A stretch of DNA of 64,000 nt, taken from Thermoguttaceae bacterium. Its GTDB lineage: Bacteria; Planctomycetota; Planctomycetia; Pirellulales; Thermoguttaceae. Position numbers and translations under genes: made by a program. Positions 1-10,165 of the stretch are shown here, one piece after another; the first letter of the stretch is position 1, and each line of letters starts with the position of its first letter. The stretch spans positions 3,255,456-3,319,455 of the forward strand of contig OY762224.2 of the NCBI GenBank assembly GCA_963665265.2, in the 5' to 3' direction. The notes beneath the pieces are model-generated. The model ran no database searches. It was not told where the DNA came from and worked only from the letters and a program-made list of their open reading frames with translations.

Positions 1-1
1 C

Positions 2-154
2 GTATGCCAAGCAACGGTCCACCATTTGGTCCAGGCCGGAAAGCTTCGCGAATTTAAGATCGGCGCCAAATGCTATTACGCGCGACGCGCCTTGCTGAAT
101 TTCATCCGATCCGCCGAGTCGGAACAGTTGGCGGGAAAGACGAGCGACGCTTAA
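2..154 (+). CDS. excisionase/AlpA-type helix-turn-helix protein, 5' end outside the window
   Basis: The frame is open from the window edge to TAA at 152-154. It translates VCQATVHHLVQAGKLREFKIGAKCYYARRALLNFIRSAE..., a Xis/AlpA-like HTH pattern. It is absent from the ORF track because no start lies in the window. Confidence 0.4.
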   Translation, partial: VCQATVHHLVQAGKLREFKIGAKCYYARRALLNFIRSAESEQLAGKTSDA

Positions 155-314
155 CTATGACGTTTCGATGCGACAATACCGTCGGCGTTTCGAGCCTTAA
201 GCAGCCCCTCGGACAATCCGAACCGGACGGCCCTGCGGGCTTGACCGCCGACGGTTTTTAACCGATAATGTACATATAGGGCGCCACGTACATTAGTTTC
301 AGGGAGCGAACGCA

Positions 315-560
315 ATGGAAGTCGGAATAGCGGACCTTCGCAAAGACGTTTCGGACATCGTGAACCGGGTTATTTATCAAGGGGAACGAGCGGTTCTGCA
401 ACGCCGGGGTAAGAACGTCGCGGCGATCGTTTCGCTTGAAGACCTCGCCCGGCTCGAAGCTCTTGAAGACGAAGCGGACCTACGAGCGGCGAAGAAAGCC
501 CGCAAGGAAAAAGGCGCCGTCGCGTTAAAAGACGTGAAGGCCCGATTGGGGATGAAGTAG
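315..560 (+). CDS. Phd/YefM-family type II antitoxin
   Basis: 81 aa: MEVGIADLRKDVSDIVNRVIYQGERAVLQRRGKNVAAIVSLEDLARLEALED. This is a typical Phd/YefM N-terminus, and the stop lies 1 nt before the toxin start. Confidence 0.8.
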   Translation: MEVGIADLRKDVSDIVNRVIYQGERAVLQRRGKNVAAIVSLEDLARLEALEDEADLRAAKKARKEKGAVALKDVKARLGMK

Positions 561-561
561 C

Positions 562-828
562 ATGCCCCAGCGTTACGAAATCCTGTTTGCGCCCTCGGTC
601 GAACGGGCGTTGCGAAAGTTGCCGACCGACGCTCAACGTCGAATCGTTCGAGCCGTCGAAGCATTAAGCGACGATCCCCGGCCGGACGGCGTTAAAAAAC
701 TGGCGGGCGACGAAAACCTTTGGCGAATCCGTGTCGGAGATTACCGTATCGTCTATGAGATTCACGATCGACGCCTCGTCGTCTTGATCCTCCGCGTCGC
801 CCATCGAAAAGACGTTTACCGCAATTAG
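562..828 (+). CDS. RelE/ParE-family toxin
   Basis: 88 aa: ...LWRIRVGDYRIVYEIHDRRLVVLILRVAHRKDVY, the RelE/StbE signature. It is tightly coupled to the antitoxin. Confidence 0.8.
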   Translation: MPQRYEILFAPSVERALRKLPTDAQRRIVRAVEALSDDPRPDGVKKLAGDENLWRIRVGDYRIVYEIHDRRLVVLILRVAHRKDVYRN

Positions 829-892
829 AATTACCACGACGAACTGAATGCGAATTCCTGGCTTACGCATTGCACGGAAGGAAACAAAAAAC

Positions 893-2200
893 ATGGCGAG
901 CCTCATTTGCGGAAAAGACGGACGGCGACGGATTTCGTTCTATGACGTAAACCATGATCGCAAAACGATCACGCTCGGCCGGATGGCGAAAAAGGACTGC
1001 GAGAGCGTTTGCGGCTACGTGGAAAAAATCGTTTCGTCGCAGTTGGCCGGCCAGGCGGTCGATCCGAAAACGGCGGCATGGTTAGGGGAGATAGGCGACC
1101 AGTTGCATGCCAAGCTGTCGGCCGTAGGGTTAGCTCCCGAGCGAAACAATATGTCGTTGGAGCGGTTTACGCAGTCTTTTATTGACGGTCGCCATGACGT
1201 AAAGCCCGGAACGAAAGAAATCTGGAAACAAAACGCAAAGGCTTTGATTGAACGTCTTGGGGCAAATTGTCGGCTTACCGACGTTACCGTGGCGGACGCC
1301 GAGGATTACAAACAGGCGTTGGTGAAACGGGGGTTGAAATCGCCGACGATCGGTAAGCGATTGCAGGGGGCGAAGATGTTTTTCGCGGCCGCCTTGAAAC
1401 GCAAGTTGATTGCGGAGAACCCGTTCGCCGATGTTCGGATAAACGCCGTCGTCGATGAAAGCCGTAACGTCTTCGTTGACCGCACGACGATTTACAGGGT
1501 GATGGAGTATGCGCCCGACGCCGAGTGGCGAGCGATCATCGCACTTTGTCGGTTTGCCGGCTTACGCTGTCCATCCGAAGTCCTGTCCCTCAAGTGGACC
1601 GATATTAATTGGGCCGAAAAGACGATTCGAATTACTAGCCCGAAGACGGCGCACCACGAGGGCGGCCAATATCGCCTCATTCCGTTCTTTCCCGAGCTTG
1701 TCACGCCATTGTTGGAAGCCCAAGAGCTTGCGCCCGAGGGAGCGGTTTACGTCATTTCCCGGCATCGGTCGCAAGCCGAGTCGCCTAAGGGGTGGCGAAA
1801 TACGAATTTGCGGAGCGACTTTCTGGACATCATCTGGAAGGCGGGCGTCAAAGAATGGCCAAAATTATTCCATGCTCTTCGAGGAAGCTGCGAGACGGAG
1901 CTAATCGAGCGGTTTCCGATTCAGACCGTCACAAAATGGCTTGGAAACAGCCCGAAAGTAGCCCTAAAGCACTACCTTCGCGTTTTGCCTGAGCATTTTG
2001 AGAAAGCCGTGAGCGAAACGATCGACGATCCTGAAAAGTTGGCGCAAAATCGTGCGCACAACACGTCGAAATGGCGCAAAGTGGCGCAAACCCCAAAAAC
2101 AAGAAACCCCGTTTTTTCCGAGGAAAAGCGAGGTTTTCAAAATTATTCGACGGCCAAAATAGCGGCGGTAGGATTCGAACCTACGACACGCGGATTATGA
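893..2200 (+). CDS. tyrosine-type site-specific integrase
   Basis: Start taken at the ATG of MASLICGKDG. The protein has an SAM-like N-domain and a C-terminal catalytic region (ALCRFAGLRCPSEVLSLKW, HALRGSCETEL, LGNSPKVALKHY). The last 13 codons overlap the antisense tRNA. Confidence 0.85.
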   Translation: MASLICGKDGRRRISFYDVNHDRKTITLGRMAKKDCESVCGYVEKIVSSQLAGQAVDPKTAAWLGEIGDQLHAKLSAVGLAPERNNMSLERFTQSFIDGRHDVKPGTKEIWKQNAKALIERLGANCRLTDVTVADAEDYKQALVKRGLKSPTIGKRLQGAKMFFAAALKRKLIAENPFADVRINAVVDESRNVFVDRTTIYRVMEYAPDAEWRAIIALCRFAGLRCPSEVLSLKWTDINWAEKTIRITSPKTAHHEGGQYRLIPFFPELVTPLLEAQELAPEGAVYVISRHRSQAESPKGWRNTNLRSDFLDIIWKAGVKEWPKLFHALRGSCETELIERFPIQTVTKWLGNSPKVALKHYLRVLPEHFEKAVSETIDDPEKLAQNRAHNTSKWRKVAQTPKTRNPVFSEEKRGFQNYSTAKIAAVGFEPTTRGL

Positions 2201-2233
2201 TTCCGCTGCTCTAACCAACTGAGCTACGCCGCC
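2160..2233 (-). tRNA. tRNA with CAT anticodon (Met, or Ile2 if lysidine-modified)
   Basis: The reverse complement GGCGGCGTAGCTCAGTTGGTTAGAGCAGCGGAATCATAATCCGCGTGTCGTAGGTTCGAATCCTACCGCCGCTA folds as a cloverleaf. The anticodon loop is AUCAUAA and the T-loop is TTCGAAT. Confidence 0.85.
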
Positions 2234-2448
2234 GTGAACTTTTTCCCAACGCCCCGCAAAGCGGTCGCGAATGCGATTAGTTCTATCGGTTGAAAAACGC
2301 CGCTTGTTCCAGGAAAATTCCGCTAGAAATTCTCGCGGTAAAACCGGCCTAAACCACCGAAAAACTCATTATAAATTCCCGAAAAACGGAACGCAATGGG
2401 CTGAAACCGACTTTTCAGCCCCCTCCAATCCATTTTTTCACTAATTTT

Positions 2449-4209
2449 TTACTTGGCCGCTTTTCGTTTCATCGAAAAATAGACGTAATGCACGCCGGTC
2501 TCCTCATCGGTCACGGCCGCGCCCGTCGGAGCAAGATACTTCTGCAACGCCGAAAACGGCGGCAGCGAGTTTCCCTCCACGACGTTAAGAATTCCTTGGA
2601 TTCCAGGATTGAAACGAGCTTGGGCCTTCAGCTTTTCCAAGCCCTCGGGCGTGCTCACTTGATCATAAAGATAGCGATAGCTTTCCTCAGGTCGCGAAAA
2701 CGAAAAGAGCGAAGGAGCCGCCGCGCCGCAAATCCGTTCGGTCTTGTTCGATATTAATTTGTATTCCAAATCGTCGGCCAACGGGCTTTCGTTCTTCGCA
2801 AATAGCTCCGCCGCTTTTTCAACATAACCGGCCTGCGGAGAAAACAAAAACATGTCACCGAACAAACCGAACGCGGGATGGGGGAAATTCTCGGGGTCGG
2901 GGAAATTCTCCGGAACCTTCACAGGAATGACGTAATACGTTCCTCCTTCCACGCCATGCTTCTCAACGTCTTTGCTCACCGTCTTAGCAATTTGATCCAT
3001 GATCTTCTTCGCCGCGTCCGAATCCTTGACCTTAAATCCGTACACGGCCCCTTGGGGGCCTTTTTCGGCCACCCAAGACACCATCTCGACTTGCCCGTCG
3101 ATCAAGGGAAGTATCTGCTTTTCCACGTCGACTCCGAGCGAGCCGTTATTGCGGGCGAGAAATCGGGAAAGAGCGCCGTCGCCCATAAAACTATCGACGA
3201 CCGTCTTCAGCGAAGAAAGCATCTTCGCAAAATCCCATTTTAACGCCACGTAACCGGAGGCGTTGCCCGGAATCCAATGCGACGGCTTCATCTGCGTCTT
3301 ATCGAACGCGAGGACCTTTAGCACGCCGGTTCGCGGATTATCGGTCAGGGCGTGCACATGCATCAAAAATTCGTATCCGTCGGTGTCAAAATAGAGACAT
3401 CCGCCTAACCCCATCAACCCGTCCACGCCCAAGGCGGAAAACATCATGGTTTGAGACTTAAGATTGGGAATGGCGTAGAGAAGACCGATGTAGTCGATGA
3501 AGCCGGTCATCTGCGGCTCGACGTTCGCGCCGCCTCGGCATTTACTCATCGCCGTCGAATAGCTTGAGCTATTCGCAAGCGATGAATTGCTCCCGTTATT
3601 CCATGCGGCGAGAATATCTTTCATCGTCGTCATTTGCGTAGTTATTACGATAGAAGAATCTTTTTCGCAATAAAACGATCGATTGTGTCCGTTCTTATTC
3701 AAATCATAAATCAGAACCTTGTCTTTTCCAATCGTTTCCTCATCGGCGGGAATGCCCGAATCTTTGGCAAAGTTCGAAAGCCGTTCGAAAATCGCGTGAC
3801 ACTTGCCGAACTGATCGCCGCAGTCGATAAAGAGCACGAACGCCGGCTCTTGACCCTCGACGGGCACGACAGCCACGGCGCATTCGCCGACGCCCGCCTT
3901 AATGATCTCGACGATCTCGTCGGCCGAGACGATCGCCGAGTCGCCCTTCATGAGTTTCGCAAATTGCGAAAACTTCGAGTAAGCCGAGTCGGCGAGCGGA
4001 GCCACCTGGGGGTCATTAATCATCTGTCCGAAATTCGTCGTTTGAAATTTCGTAAACAGCTCCGAGGCGTTGCGAACGGTCGCAATCACCACGGTCGTAT
4101 CGGGGAGCAATTGCGCCGCGGTCGGCCTGGCGGCGAACGCAGACGAAGAAATGGCGCCGAAAGCGGCAAGCGTTAAAACGACGCTTCGAACGAATGTATT
4201 CCGAAACAT
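2449..4209 (-). CDS. exported hypothetical protein
   Basis: Start taken at MFRNTFVRSVVLTLAAFGAISSSAFA (signal peptide). Long uninterrupted ORF, no family recognised. Confidence 0.6.
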   Translation of the reverse strand: MFRNTFVRSVVLTLAAFGAISSSAFAARPTAAQLLPDTTVVIATVRNASELFTKFQTTNFGQMINDPQVAPLADSAYSKFSQFAKLMKGDSAIVSADEIVEIIKAGVGECAVAVVPVEGQEPAFVLFIDCGDQFGKCHAIFERLSNFAKDSGIPADEETIGKDKVLIYDLNKNGHNRSFYCEKDSSIVITTQMTTMKDILAAWNNGSNSSLANSSSYSTAMSKCRGGANVEPQMTGFIDYIGLLYAIPNLKSQTMMFSALGVDGLMGLGGCLYFDTDGYEFLMHVHALTDNPRTGVLKVLAFDKTQMKPSHWIPGNASGYVALKWDFAKMLSSLKTVVDSFMGDGALSRFLARNNGSLGVDVEKQILPLIDGQVEMVSWVAEKGPQGAVYGFKVKDSDAAKKIMDQIAKTVSKDVEKHGVEGGTYYVIPVKVPENFPDPENFPHPAFGLFGDMFLFSPQAGYVEKAAELFAKNESPLADDLEYKLISNKTERICGAAAPSLFSFSRPEESYRYLYDQVSTPEGLEKLKAQARFNPGIQGILNVVEGNSLPPFSALQKYLAPTGAAVTDEETGVHYVYFSMKRKAAK

Positions 4210-4257
4210 GCTTATTCCCCACTGGTCAAAAAAAGGCAACTTCTGATAAGCAAACCG

Positions 4258-5595
4258 TTACAATATAAACTTGCTCAAATCCTCGTCCTGCGAGAGGCTA
4301 TCCAATCGTTGGCGCACGTAGGCGGCGTTGATCTCGATGCGTCCCGACTGCATATCGGGGGCCTCGAAGCTGACTTCCTCAAGCAATCGCTCCATAATCG
4401 TGTAGAGCCGACGCGCGCCTATGTTTTGCGACGTCTGATTCACATGAAAGGCGAACTCGGCCAACGATTCAATCGCGTCTTGCTGAAAAACCAACTCGAC
4501 GTTTTCCGTCCGCAGCAAGGCCGTATACTGTTTCGTTAGCGCGCCTTTCGGCTCCGTCAGAATGCGAATGAAATCCTCTTTCGTCAAATCCTCCAACTCG
4601 ACTCGAATCGGGAAACGTCCCTGCAACTCGGGCATCAAGTCGCTCGGCTTTGCACGGTGGAACGCGCCGGCAGCCACGAAAAGAACGTGGTCGGTTTTCA
4701 CGTATCCGTAGCGGGTTTGAATCGTCGTCCCTTCGACGATTGGAAGCAGGTCACGTTGCACGCCTTGCCGTGAAACGTCGGCGCCGTGCGATTGCTCGCT
4801 CGCCACGATTTTGTCGATCTCGTCGATGAAGACGATTCCCATGTTCTCGGCCAGCTCAATCGCCTTGGCGTTCACTTTTTCCTGATTGATGAGCGCTTCG
4901 CATTCCTGTTCGAAAAGCACGCGGCGCGCCTCGGCGACGGACATTTCGCGGCGGGTCGTCGATTTCGGCATGATCTTCTCGAACATTCCTTGGAAATCGA
5001 AGTCCATCTGCTCGCCGCCCATGCCGGGAAACATCATTGGAGCGTTTTTTTGATCGATCGCGATTTCGACTTTGCGATTTTCCAATTCGCCGGCTCGAAG
5101 CATGCCTCGCATCTTTTCCCGAGTATGCTCAAACCGCTCCGGAGAATGAGGGCTGTCGGGCGAAGCGTCGAACGCAGGCGGAGTCGGCGCGAGCAGATCG
5201 ACCAACCGCCGTTCGACTCGCTCCTTCGCCTCTTCTGCCACTTCTTTTCGCTCCTGATCGCGAACGATGCCGATGGCGTTTTCGACCAATTCGCGAATCA
5301 TGCTTTCGACGTCACGTCCGTAGTAGCCGACCTCGGTATATTTCGTGGCTTCGATTTTAATGAACGGCGCGCCGGTCATCTTCGCCAAACGCCGCGCGAT
5401 CTCCGTCTTTCCGACGCCGGTGGGACCGATCATCATGATATTCTTCGGCGCGGCCTCTTGCCGCATGTCGTCGTCCAATTGCTGACGACGCCAACGATTT
5501 CTTATCGCCACGGCTACGGCCCGCTTCGCCTCGTGCTGTCCGACGATATGACGATCCAACTCTGTCACGATTTGACGCGGCGTTAATTCTCGCAC
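4258..5595 (-). CDS. hslU: ATP-dependent protease ATPase subunit HslU
   Basis: [38 protein letters not shown] and [19 protein letters not shown] (Walker A). The start is probably the GTG at 5595, overlapping the hslV stop; the longer tracked ORF would overlap hslV. Confidence 0.9.
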   Translation of the reverse strand: MRELTPRQIVTELDRHIVGQHEAKRAVAVAIRNRWRRQQLDDDMRQEAAPKNIMMIGPTGVGKTEIARRLAKMTGAPFIKIEATKYTEVGYYGRDVESMIRELVENAIGIVRDQERKEVAEEAKERVERRLVDLLAPTPPAFDASPDSPHSPERFEHTREKMRGMLRAGELENRKVEIAIDQKNAPMMFPGMGGEQMDFDFQGMFEKIMPKSTTRREMSVAEARRVLFEQECEALINQEKVNAKAIELAENMGIVFIDEIDKIVASEQSHGADVSRQGVQRDLLPIVEGTTIQTRYGYVKTDHVLFVAAGAFHRAKPSDLMPELQGRFPIRVELEDLTKEDFIRILTEPKGALTKQYTALLRTENVELVFQQDAIESLAEFAFHVNQTSQNIGARRLYTIMERLLEEVSFEAPDMQSGRIEINAAYVRQRLDSLSQDEDLSKFIL

Positions 5596-6134
5596 GGAAG
5601 CTCCTCCAAGATAATATTCGCGTTCGTATAGACGTCGATATTCGACGCGATGAGCAAGGCTTCGCGAACGATCTCCGCCGCGTTCAAATCGCTGTGCGCG
5701 ATGAGCGCTCTCGCGGCGGCCACGGCGTAGTTTCCGCCGGAGCCGATTCCTAAAACGCCGTCGGTCGGCTGTATCACGTCTCCGTTGCCGGTCAGGAGAA
5801 GCGTGTGCTTCGAATTGACGACGGTCAGCATCGCCTCTAAGCGACGTAAGGCCCGATCCGTCCGCCATTCCTTGGCCAACTCCGTCGCCGCGCGAATCAA
5901 ATTCGCCGGATTGTCTTTCAGTTTCACTTCAAATCGTTCGAGCAGGGCAAAGGCGTCGGCCGTCGAACCGGCGAAACCGGTAACGATTTTGCCGTCGAGG
6001 AGTTTGCGAATTTTCATCGCGTCGGCCTTCATGATCGTGCTGCCGACGGTCACTTGTCCGTCGCCTCCGATGGCGACCGTTCCCTTATGCCGCACCGTCA
6101 AAATTGTCGTCGAATGCGTAATAACTTTGGTCAT
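5583..6134 (-). CDS. hslV: ATP-dependent protease peptidase subunit HslV
   Basis: [23 protein letters not shown]...[10 protein letters not shown]...GIGSGGNYA, the canonical HslV Thr-protease pattern, directly upstream of hslU. Confidence 0.9.
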   Translation of the reverse strand: MTKVITHSTTILTVRHKGTVAIGGDGQVTVGSTIMKADAMKIRKLLDGKIVTGFAGSTADAFALLERFEVKLKDNPANLIRAATELAKEWRTDRALRRLEAMLTVVNSKHTLLLTGNGDVIQPTDGVLGIGSGGNYAVAAARALIAHSDLNAAEIVREALLIASNIDVYTNANIILEELPCEN

Positions 6135-6574
6135 CGTTTCTCACTTGCTATTTTGCAGGTGCGCGCTCGCATAACAAATCGCATCTTGTTTATTCCGCGC
6201 CTCGTACCCGCTTTTAACTTTCTATTCTGGTAATTCGTTTTTGGCCGTCCGATATTAGACGCTTCATTCGTTAAAACCGGTTCATTTTACCGAAAAATAT
6301 TCGCTCCCGGACCGCATAATTCATCCAATTCCGTCTAAAACCGAACGTAAGTTGACATTCTACAGCAAAAAAAGACAATTCTCGACTCTCTGACTCCCCC
6401 GTTAGCTAGATTTTTATACGGATAACGCTTTCTTTACCAGTGGGACGTTATTGATACCGAGGCAGCGAACGCTCGTTTTCCGTTCGCAGGTAAGGCCGTG
6501 CGAGGCCAAACCTGCGAAGAGTTTTAACCGCAAAACGGTTCACTAGCCCTCAGAGAAGTACATAGGAACTCGCC

Positions 6575-7441
6575 ATGATTCGCAAAACGCATCTCTTTAT
6601 CGCATCCGCATTTATTCTTGGTTGTCTCTGGAGCGACGCCGCCCAGGCAGGTAGGCTGTTCGATCACGTTTTTTGCCGTCACCGCGTTCGCGCAGCCCGA
6701 ATCGCTTGCCAACCGGTCGTTCCGTGCTGCACCCCGACCGCATGCTGTATATCTAATAAAACCGGGACCGAATCGACCGGCCCGATCGCTCCGCAAAAAG
6801 CGCCGGAAAAGGCGCCTCAACCGATCGCTCCAGATCGAAAAGAAGCTACCAAGCCGACGACGAAGGAGACGCCGAAACCAGTAATCAAATCGGAGCCGAA
6901 GCCCGAGCCCCCGAAAGCTCCGGTAGTAACGACGCCGCCCGCCCCCAAGCCTGCGGAGCCGAAGGCGGAAGCGCCGGTCGAAAAGCCGGCTCCTCAACCG
7001 CCGATTGCTCAAGCGCCGGCGAAAACGGAAGAGGAGAAACCGTTGCCGCCGAAGGAAACGCCCGCCCCGGTCGTAAAGGAGGAGCCGAAAGAGACGCCCC
7101 AAACGGAACCGAAGCCGGCCGACGAGCCGAAGCCTCGCCAAATGGACGAGGATAATCCGTTCAACATTCCGCCGGTCGAAAAGCCTGCCGCGAAAGAACC
7201 GGAGAAGACGGAAAAGAAACAAGAATCGGCCGAGCCATTCACAAAGAACGACGCCGCTCGTTATCGCCTATGGACCGACGCCAGCGGCACGTTCCAAGTG
7301 GAGGCCCGCTTCGCCGGATACATGGGCGATTCGGTCCGCCTGCAAAAAGCGAACGGGAAATACGTTCGCATCGCGATCACCGCTCTTTCCTCGCTTGATC
7401 GTCACTTCGTCGAAGCGATTTCGTCCATCGCGGCAAAGTAA
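6575..7441 (+). CDS. secreted proline-rich protein with C-terminal SHD1-like domain
   Basis: Signal-like N-terminus, a long PEPK/PAPK low-complexity tract, and a C-terminus YRLWTDASGTFQVEARFAGYMGDSVRLQKANGKYVRIAITALSSLD that resembles the SLA1-homology SHD1 domain. Confidence 0.6.
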   Translation: MIRKTHLFIASAFILGCLWSDAAQAGRLFDHVFCRHRVRAARIACQPVVPCCTPTACCISNKTGTESTGPIAPQKAPEKAPQPIAPDRKEATKPTTKETPKPVIKSEPKPEPPKAPVVTTPPAPKPAEPKAEAPVEKPAPQPPIAQAPAKTEEEKPLPPKETPAPVVKEEPKETPQTEPKPADEPKPRQMDEDNPFNIPPVEKPAAKEPEKTEKKQESAEPFTKNDAARYRLWTDASGTFQVEARFAGYMGDSVRLQKANGKYVRIAITALSSLDRHFVEAISSIAAK

Positions 7442-7530
7442 GAATCGCAACGGTTCCCTCTCCCAAAAGGGAGAGGGCCGAGGGCGAGAGAAATTTCGCA
7501 ATCGCCGCACGAGTCACTTTCGCGAAGGCT

Positions 7531-8868
7531 CTAACGTCCCACGATTTCCATTATCGCTCGTGCGCGATCTTCGGAAAGCCAACTCTTTTTGGCCGCTTTG
7601 AGGTCGGGCAAGCCGTTCGCTTTCGTTTCCGTCGGAAACTGTTCGACGGCGTTCCGATAGGCGTCGGCCGCTTCGGCATCTCGTCCGCAGGCTAAAAAAG
7701 CAAGTCCGAGATTAATCGCCGCGGTATCCAACGTCGGCATCTTCTCGAAAGCCGCATGGGTGTCTTTAAGAAACTCGTCGAAGCGATTATTTTCGTAATG
7801 ATTCCAGCCGCGATTCGCCAGGGCCAAGGCGATTCCTTCCGCCGGAGCGTCGGGCAGTTCAATCGCTTGCGAATAGTCGGCCATCTCTTTTTTCGATTCC
7901 CCTTGCTCGCCCCAGATCAGTCCGCGCTCGATTAACGCCGTAGCAACCTCTTCGACCGGCGCGCCGTCCAATTCGATCGCTTGCGAGTAGTCGGCCAAGG
8001 CCGCCTCGGCATCGCCGGCTTCGCTCCAAATCGATCCGCGATGAACGAGAGCCAACGCGGTCTCCTCGACCGGCGAACCGGACAACTCGATCACGACGGA
8101 GAAATCTTCGAGGGCTTTTTCGGCATCGCCCGCTTCGTTCCACGTCATTCCGCGATTGACGAAAGCGCGAGCGACCTCTTCGATCGGAGCGCCGTCAAGG
8201 TCAATCACATTCGTATAGTCGGCAATCGCCGCTTTCCACTGGCCGGCGCCGCTCCTTTCCGTTCCGCGATTCACGAAAGCCAAGGCTAATTCCTCGACCG
8301 GGGCGTCCGTCATATCGATAACGCGGGAGAAATCGGCGATCGCCTTGTCGGTCTCCTCTTTTTCGCCGAACGCCACACCGCGATTGACTAAGGCTCGTGC
8401 AAGACGCTCGATCGACACGCCGGGCAATGACGCTACTTTTGAATAATCGGCGATCGCTTTGTCGGTTTCACCGCGTTCGCCCCACACGGAGCCGCGATTA
8501 TTGAGCGCATGGGCGACCGCATCGACCGGCGCATCGGGCAGTTCAATCGCTTGCGAATAGTCGGCCATCTCTTTTTCGGTCTCGTCGCGTTCGCCCCAAA
8601 CGATTCCGCGAAAAACGAGCGCCTTGGCGATCTCGGCAGTCGGAGCCTTAGGGAGTTCGATGGCCGCGGTAAAGTCGGCCTGGGCGCCGGCGATGTCCCC
8701 TTTTTCGCCCAAGGCTAGGCCGCGATTCACTAGAGCTGCCGCAAGCTCCTCGACGGAAACGTTCGAGTTTTCGATCGTCTCGGTATACTCGGAGATCATC
8801 TCTTCGGCATCGGCGAATTGTTCAATAGGCGCTTTGCGCTGGTCGTGTTTTGATTTCGAATGAGACAT
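7531..8868 (-). CDS. TPR-repeat protein
   Basis: About 8 tandem copies of a ~42-aa unit (ADYSQAIELPDAPVEEVAxALxNRGxxWGExGExxKA). Start taken at MSHSKSK. Confidence 0.75.
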   Translation of the reverse strand: MSHSKSKHDQRKAPIEQFADAEEMISEYTETIENSNVSVEELAAALVNRGLALGEKGDIAGAQADFTAAIELPKAPTAEIAKALVFRGIVWGERDETEKEMADYSQAIELPDAPVDAVAHALNNRGSVWGERGETDKAIADYSKVASLPGVSIERLARALVNRGVAFGEKEETDKAIADFSRVIDMTDAPVEELALAFVNRGTERSGAGQWKAAIADYTNVIDLDGAPIEEVARAFVNRGMTWNEAGDAEKALEDFSVVIELSGSPVEETALALVHRGSIWSEAGDAEAALADYSQAIELDGAPVEEVATALIERGLIWGEQGESKKEMADYSQAIELPDAPAEGIALALANRGWNHYENNRFDEFLKDTHAAFEKMPTLDTAAINLGLAFLACGRDAEAADAYRNAVEQFPTETKANGLPDLKAAKKSWLSEDRARAIMEIVGR

Positions 8869-8957
8869 ATTCCGCTCAGTTGAGGAAGGTTGCGTTTCGA
8901 GGATAGGCCATCCTACCCTTACCATCGGCCAAAAACAATCGCGTTCTCACGCCTCGG

Positions 8958-9788
8958 CTACAGCGTCGGTCGCTTGATCACGGCGGCGGAGTCACGTTGC
9001 ACGGTGCGCGCGTATCGAATTGCAGGGCGGCCAAAGAGCATCGCGTAGTAATGATGGTCCGGCGGCAGATCGACAAGCTTCTTCAACTCAGGCGCCGTTT
9101 CGAGCGCCAACTTGAGCAGACCGCACCATACAGTTCCCAATCCGGCGCTTTGGGCGAGCAACTCGAAATAGGCCAAGGCGATCGGCACGTCTTCCATCGC
9201 ACAGGGCGCTTGGGCAGGAGCCGAGACGATTAAAACATGCGGAGCGCCGCGAAAGACCACGTCGGCCCGATGCTCCACGTAGGCGTCGATCGCCTTTTCG
9301 ATATAGGAAAGTCGAGGCGGAATCTTTCCCGCCTCCGACGCTTCGACAAGCGCTTTCATCACTTCTTGTCGAAGATGATTCAACTTGCTCTTGTCGTCGA
9401 TAACGGTGAAAGTCAACGATCGGCTGTTTACGCCGGTCGGGGCGTTAGCGACGGTCGCAAGCAGTTGATCGATCAATTCCCGTTTGACGTTCTGATCGGC
9501 GTATTGTCGCACGCTCCGCCGTCCGCGCATAAATCGGTCCATTTGCTCGAAGCTCGGCCACGAATCGCCTGAGGCCAAGAGACTATTCTCCGGCTTGAAA
9601 CCGAGAATGGAAATCGCCGCCGTCGGGCAGATCGCTAAACAGTGCTGACACTGCAAGCAGTTCTCTTCGTCTTCGCCGGAAATGTAGGGCATCTGCTCAG
9701 CGTTTCGTTTGATGATCCGCGAGGGACAATCCAACACGCACAGCCCGCATCGGGTGCAACGATCCTTTTGCACGGTGAAATTGAGCAT
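8958..9788 (-). CDS. nitroreductase-family protein with N-terminal 2x[4Fe-4S] ferredoxin domain
   Basis: CTRCGLCVLDCP and CLQCQHCLAICP motifs, followed by a nitroreductase fold (RRSVRQY...APTGVNSRS). Confidence 0.75.
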   Translation of the reverse strand: MLNFTVQKDRCTRCGLCVLDCPSRIIKRNAEQMPYISGEDEENCLQCQHCLAICPTAAISILGFKPENSLLASGDSWPSFEQMDRFMRGRRSVRQYADQNVKRELIDQLLATVANAPTGVNSRSLTFTVIDDKSKLNHLRQEVMKALVEASEAGKIPPRLSYIEKAIDAYVEHRADVVFRGAPHVLIVSAPAQAPCAMEDVPIALAYFELLAQSAGLGTVWCGLLKLALETAPELKKLVDLPPDHHYYAMLFGRPAIRYARTVQRDSAAVIKRPTL

Positions 9789-10165
9789 CGATCAACCTTT
9801 CGTCTGAATGCCGACAGGAAACGCTTTTGGCAAAAAGACCATTGTAGAACGCACGGTCCGCTCCGTGAAGGATAGTTCGTTGGGCTACGACTACTCCGCG
9901 ACTGTCAGGCACAGAGCGCCTGACCTACTGGACTGACGCAGGCAAGCGCTCGCATCGTTTGCTTAAATGGCGTTTTCCACGAAGCAATAGCCTTTCCTGG
10001 CTAAATATTCCCTTCCCGGGCACGAATAGCTCTATAAGTCGGCGATTCCAGGGGGGGATGTAGTTGCATCCGCCCATTTGGCGGGGTAGATTTGCTGAGC
10101 AACCGCGAGCAGTCAGGCGCTGCTCGTAGCGAAATCGACGGAAGAACTTCCTCGGAGTTTCAGAT

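Larger units (their letters stand above)
1..2233. mobile_element. right-hand end of an integrated element (Xis-like HTH, toxin-antitoxin pair, integrase) abutting the 3' end of tRNA-CAT; left boundary outside the window
   Basis: Gene content, plus the integrase lying directly against and overlapping the tRNA 3' half. Confidence 0.5.

Noticed and set aside
4786-5586. 266-aa plus-strand ORF inside hslU. Similar long antisense ORFs exist at 34829-35539 (in mcp), 45507-46445 (in a kinase gene), and 52278-52967 and 53703-54398 (in the PHP-ATPase gene).
   Set aside because: Each lies fully within and antisense to a gene with strong family signatures. The translations are low-complexity or have no motifs.
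6524-7222. 232-aa Arg-rich ORF on the minus strand
   Set aside because: It is antisense to the Pro/Glu/Lys-rich low-complexity gene 6575-7441. The repetitive CCG/GAA-type codons keep the opposite strand open. There is no independent support.
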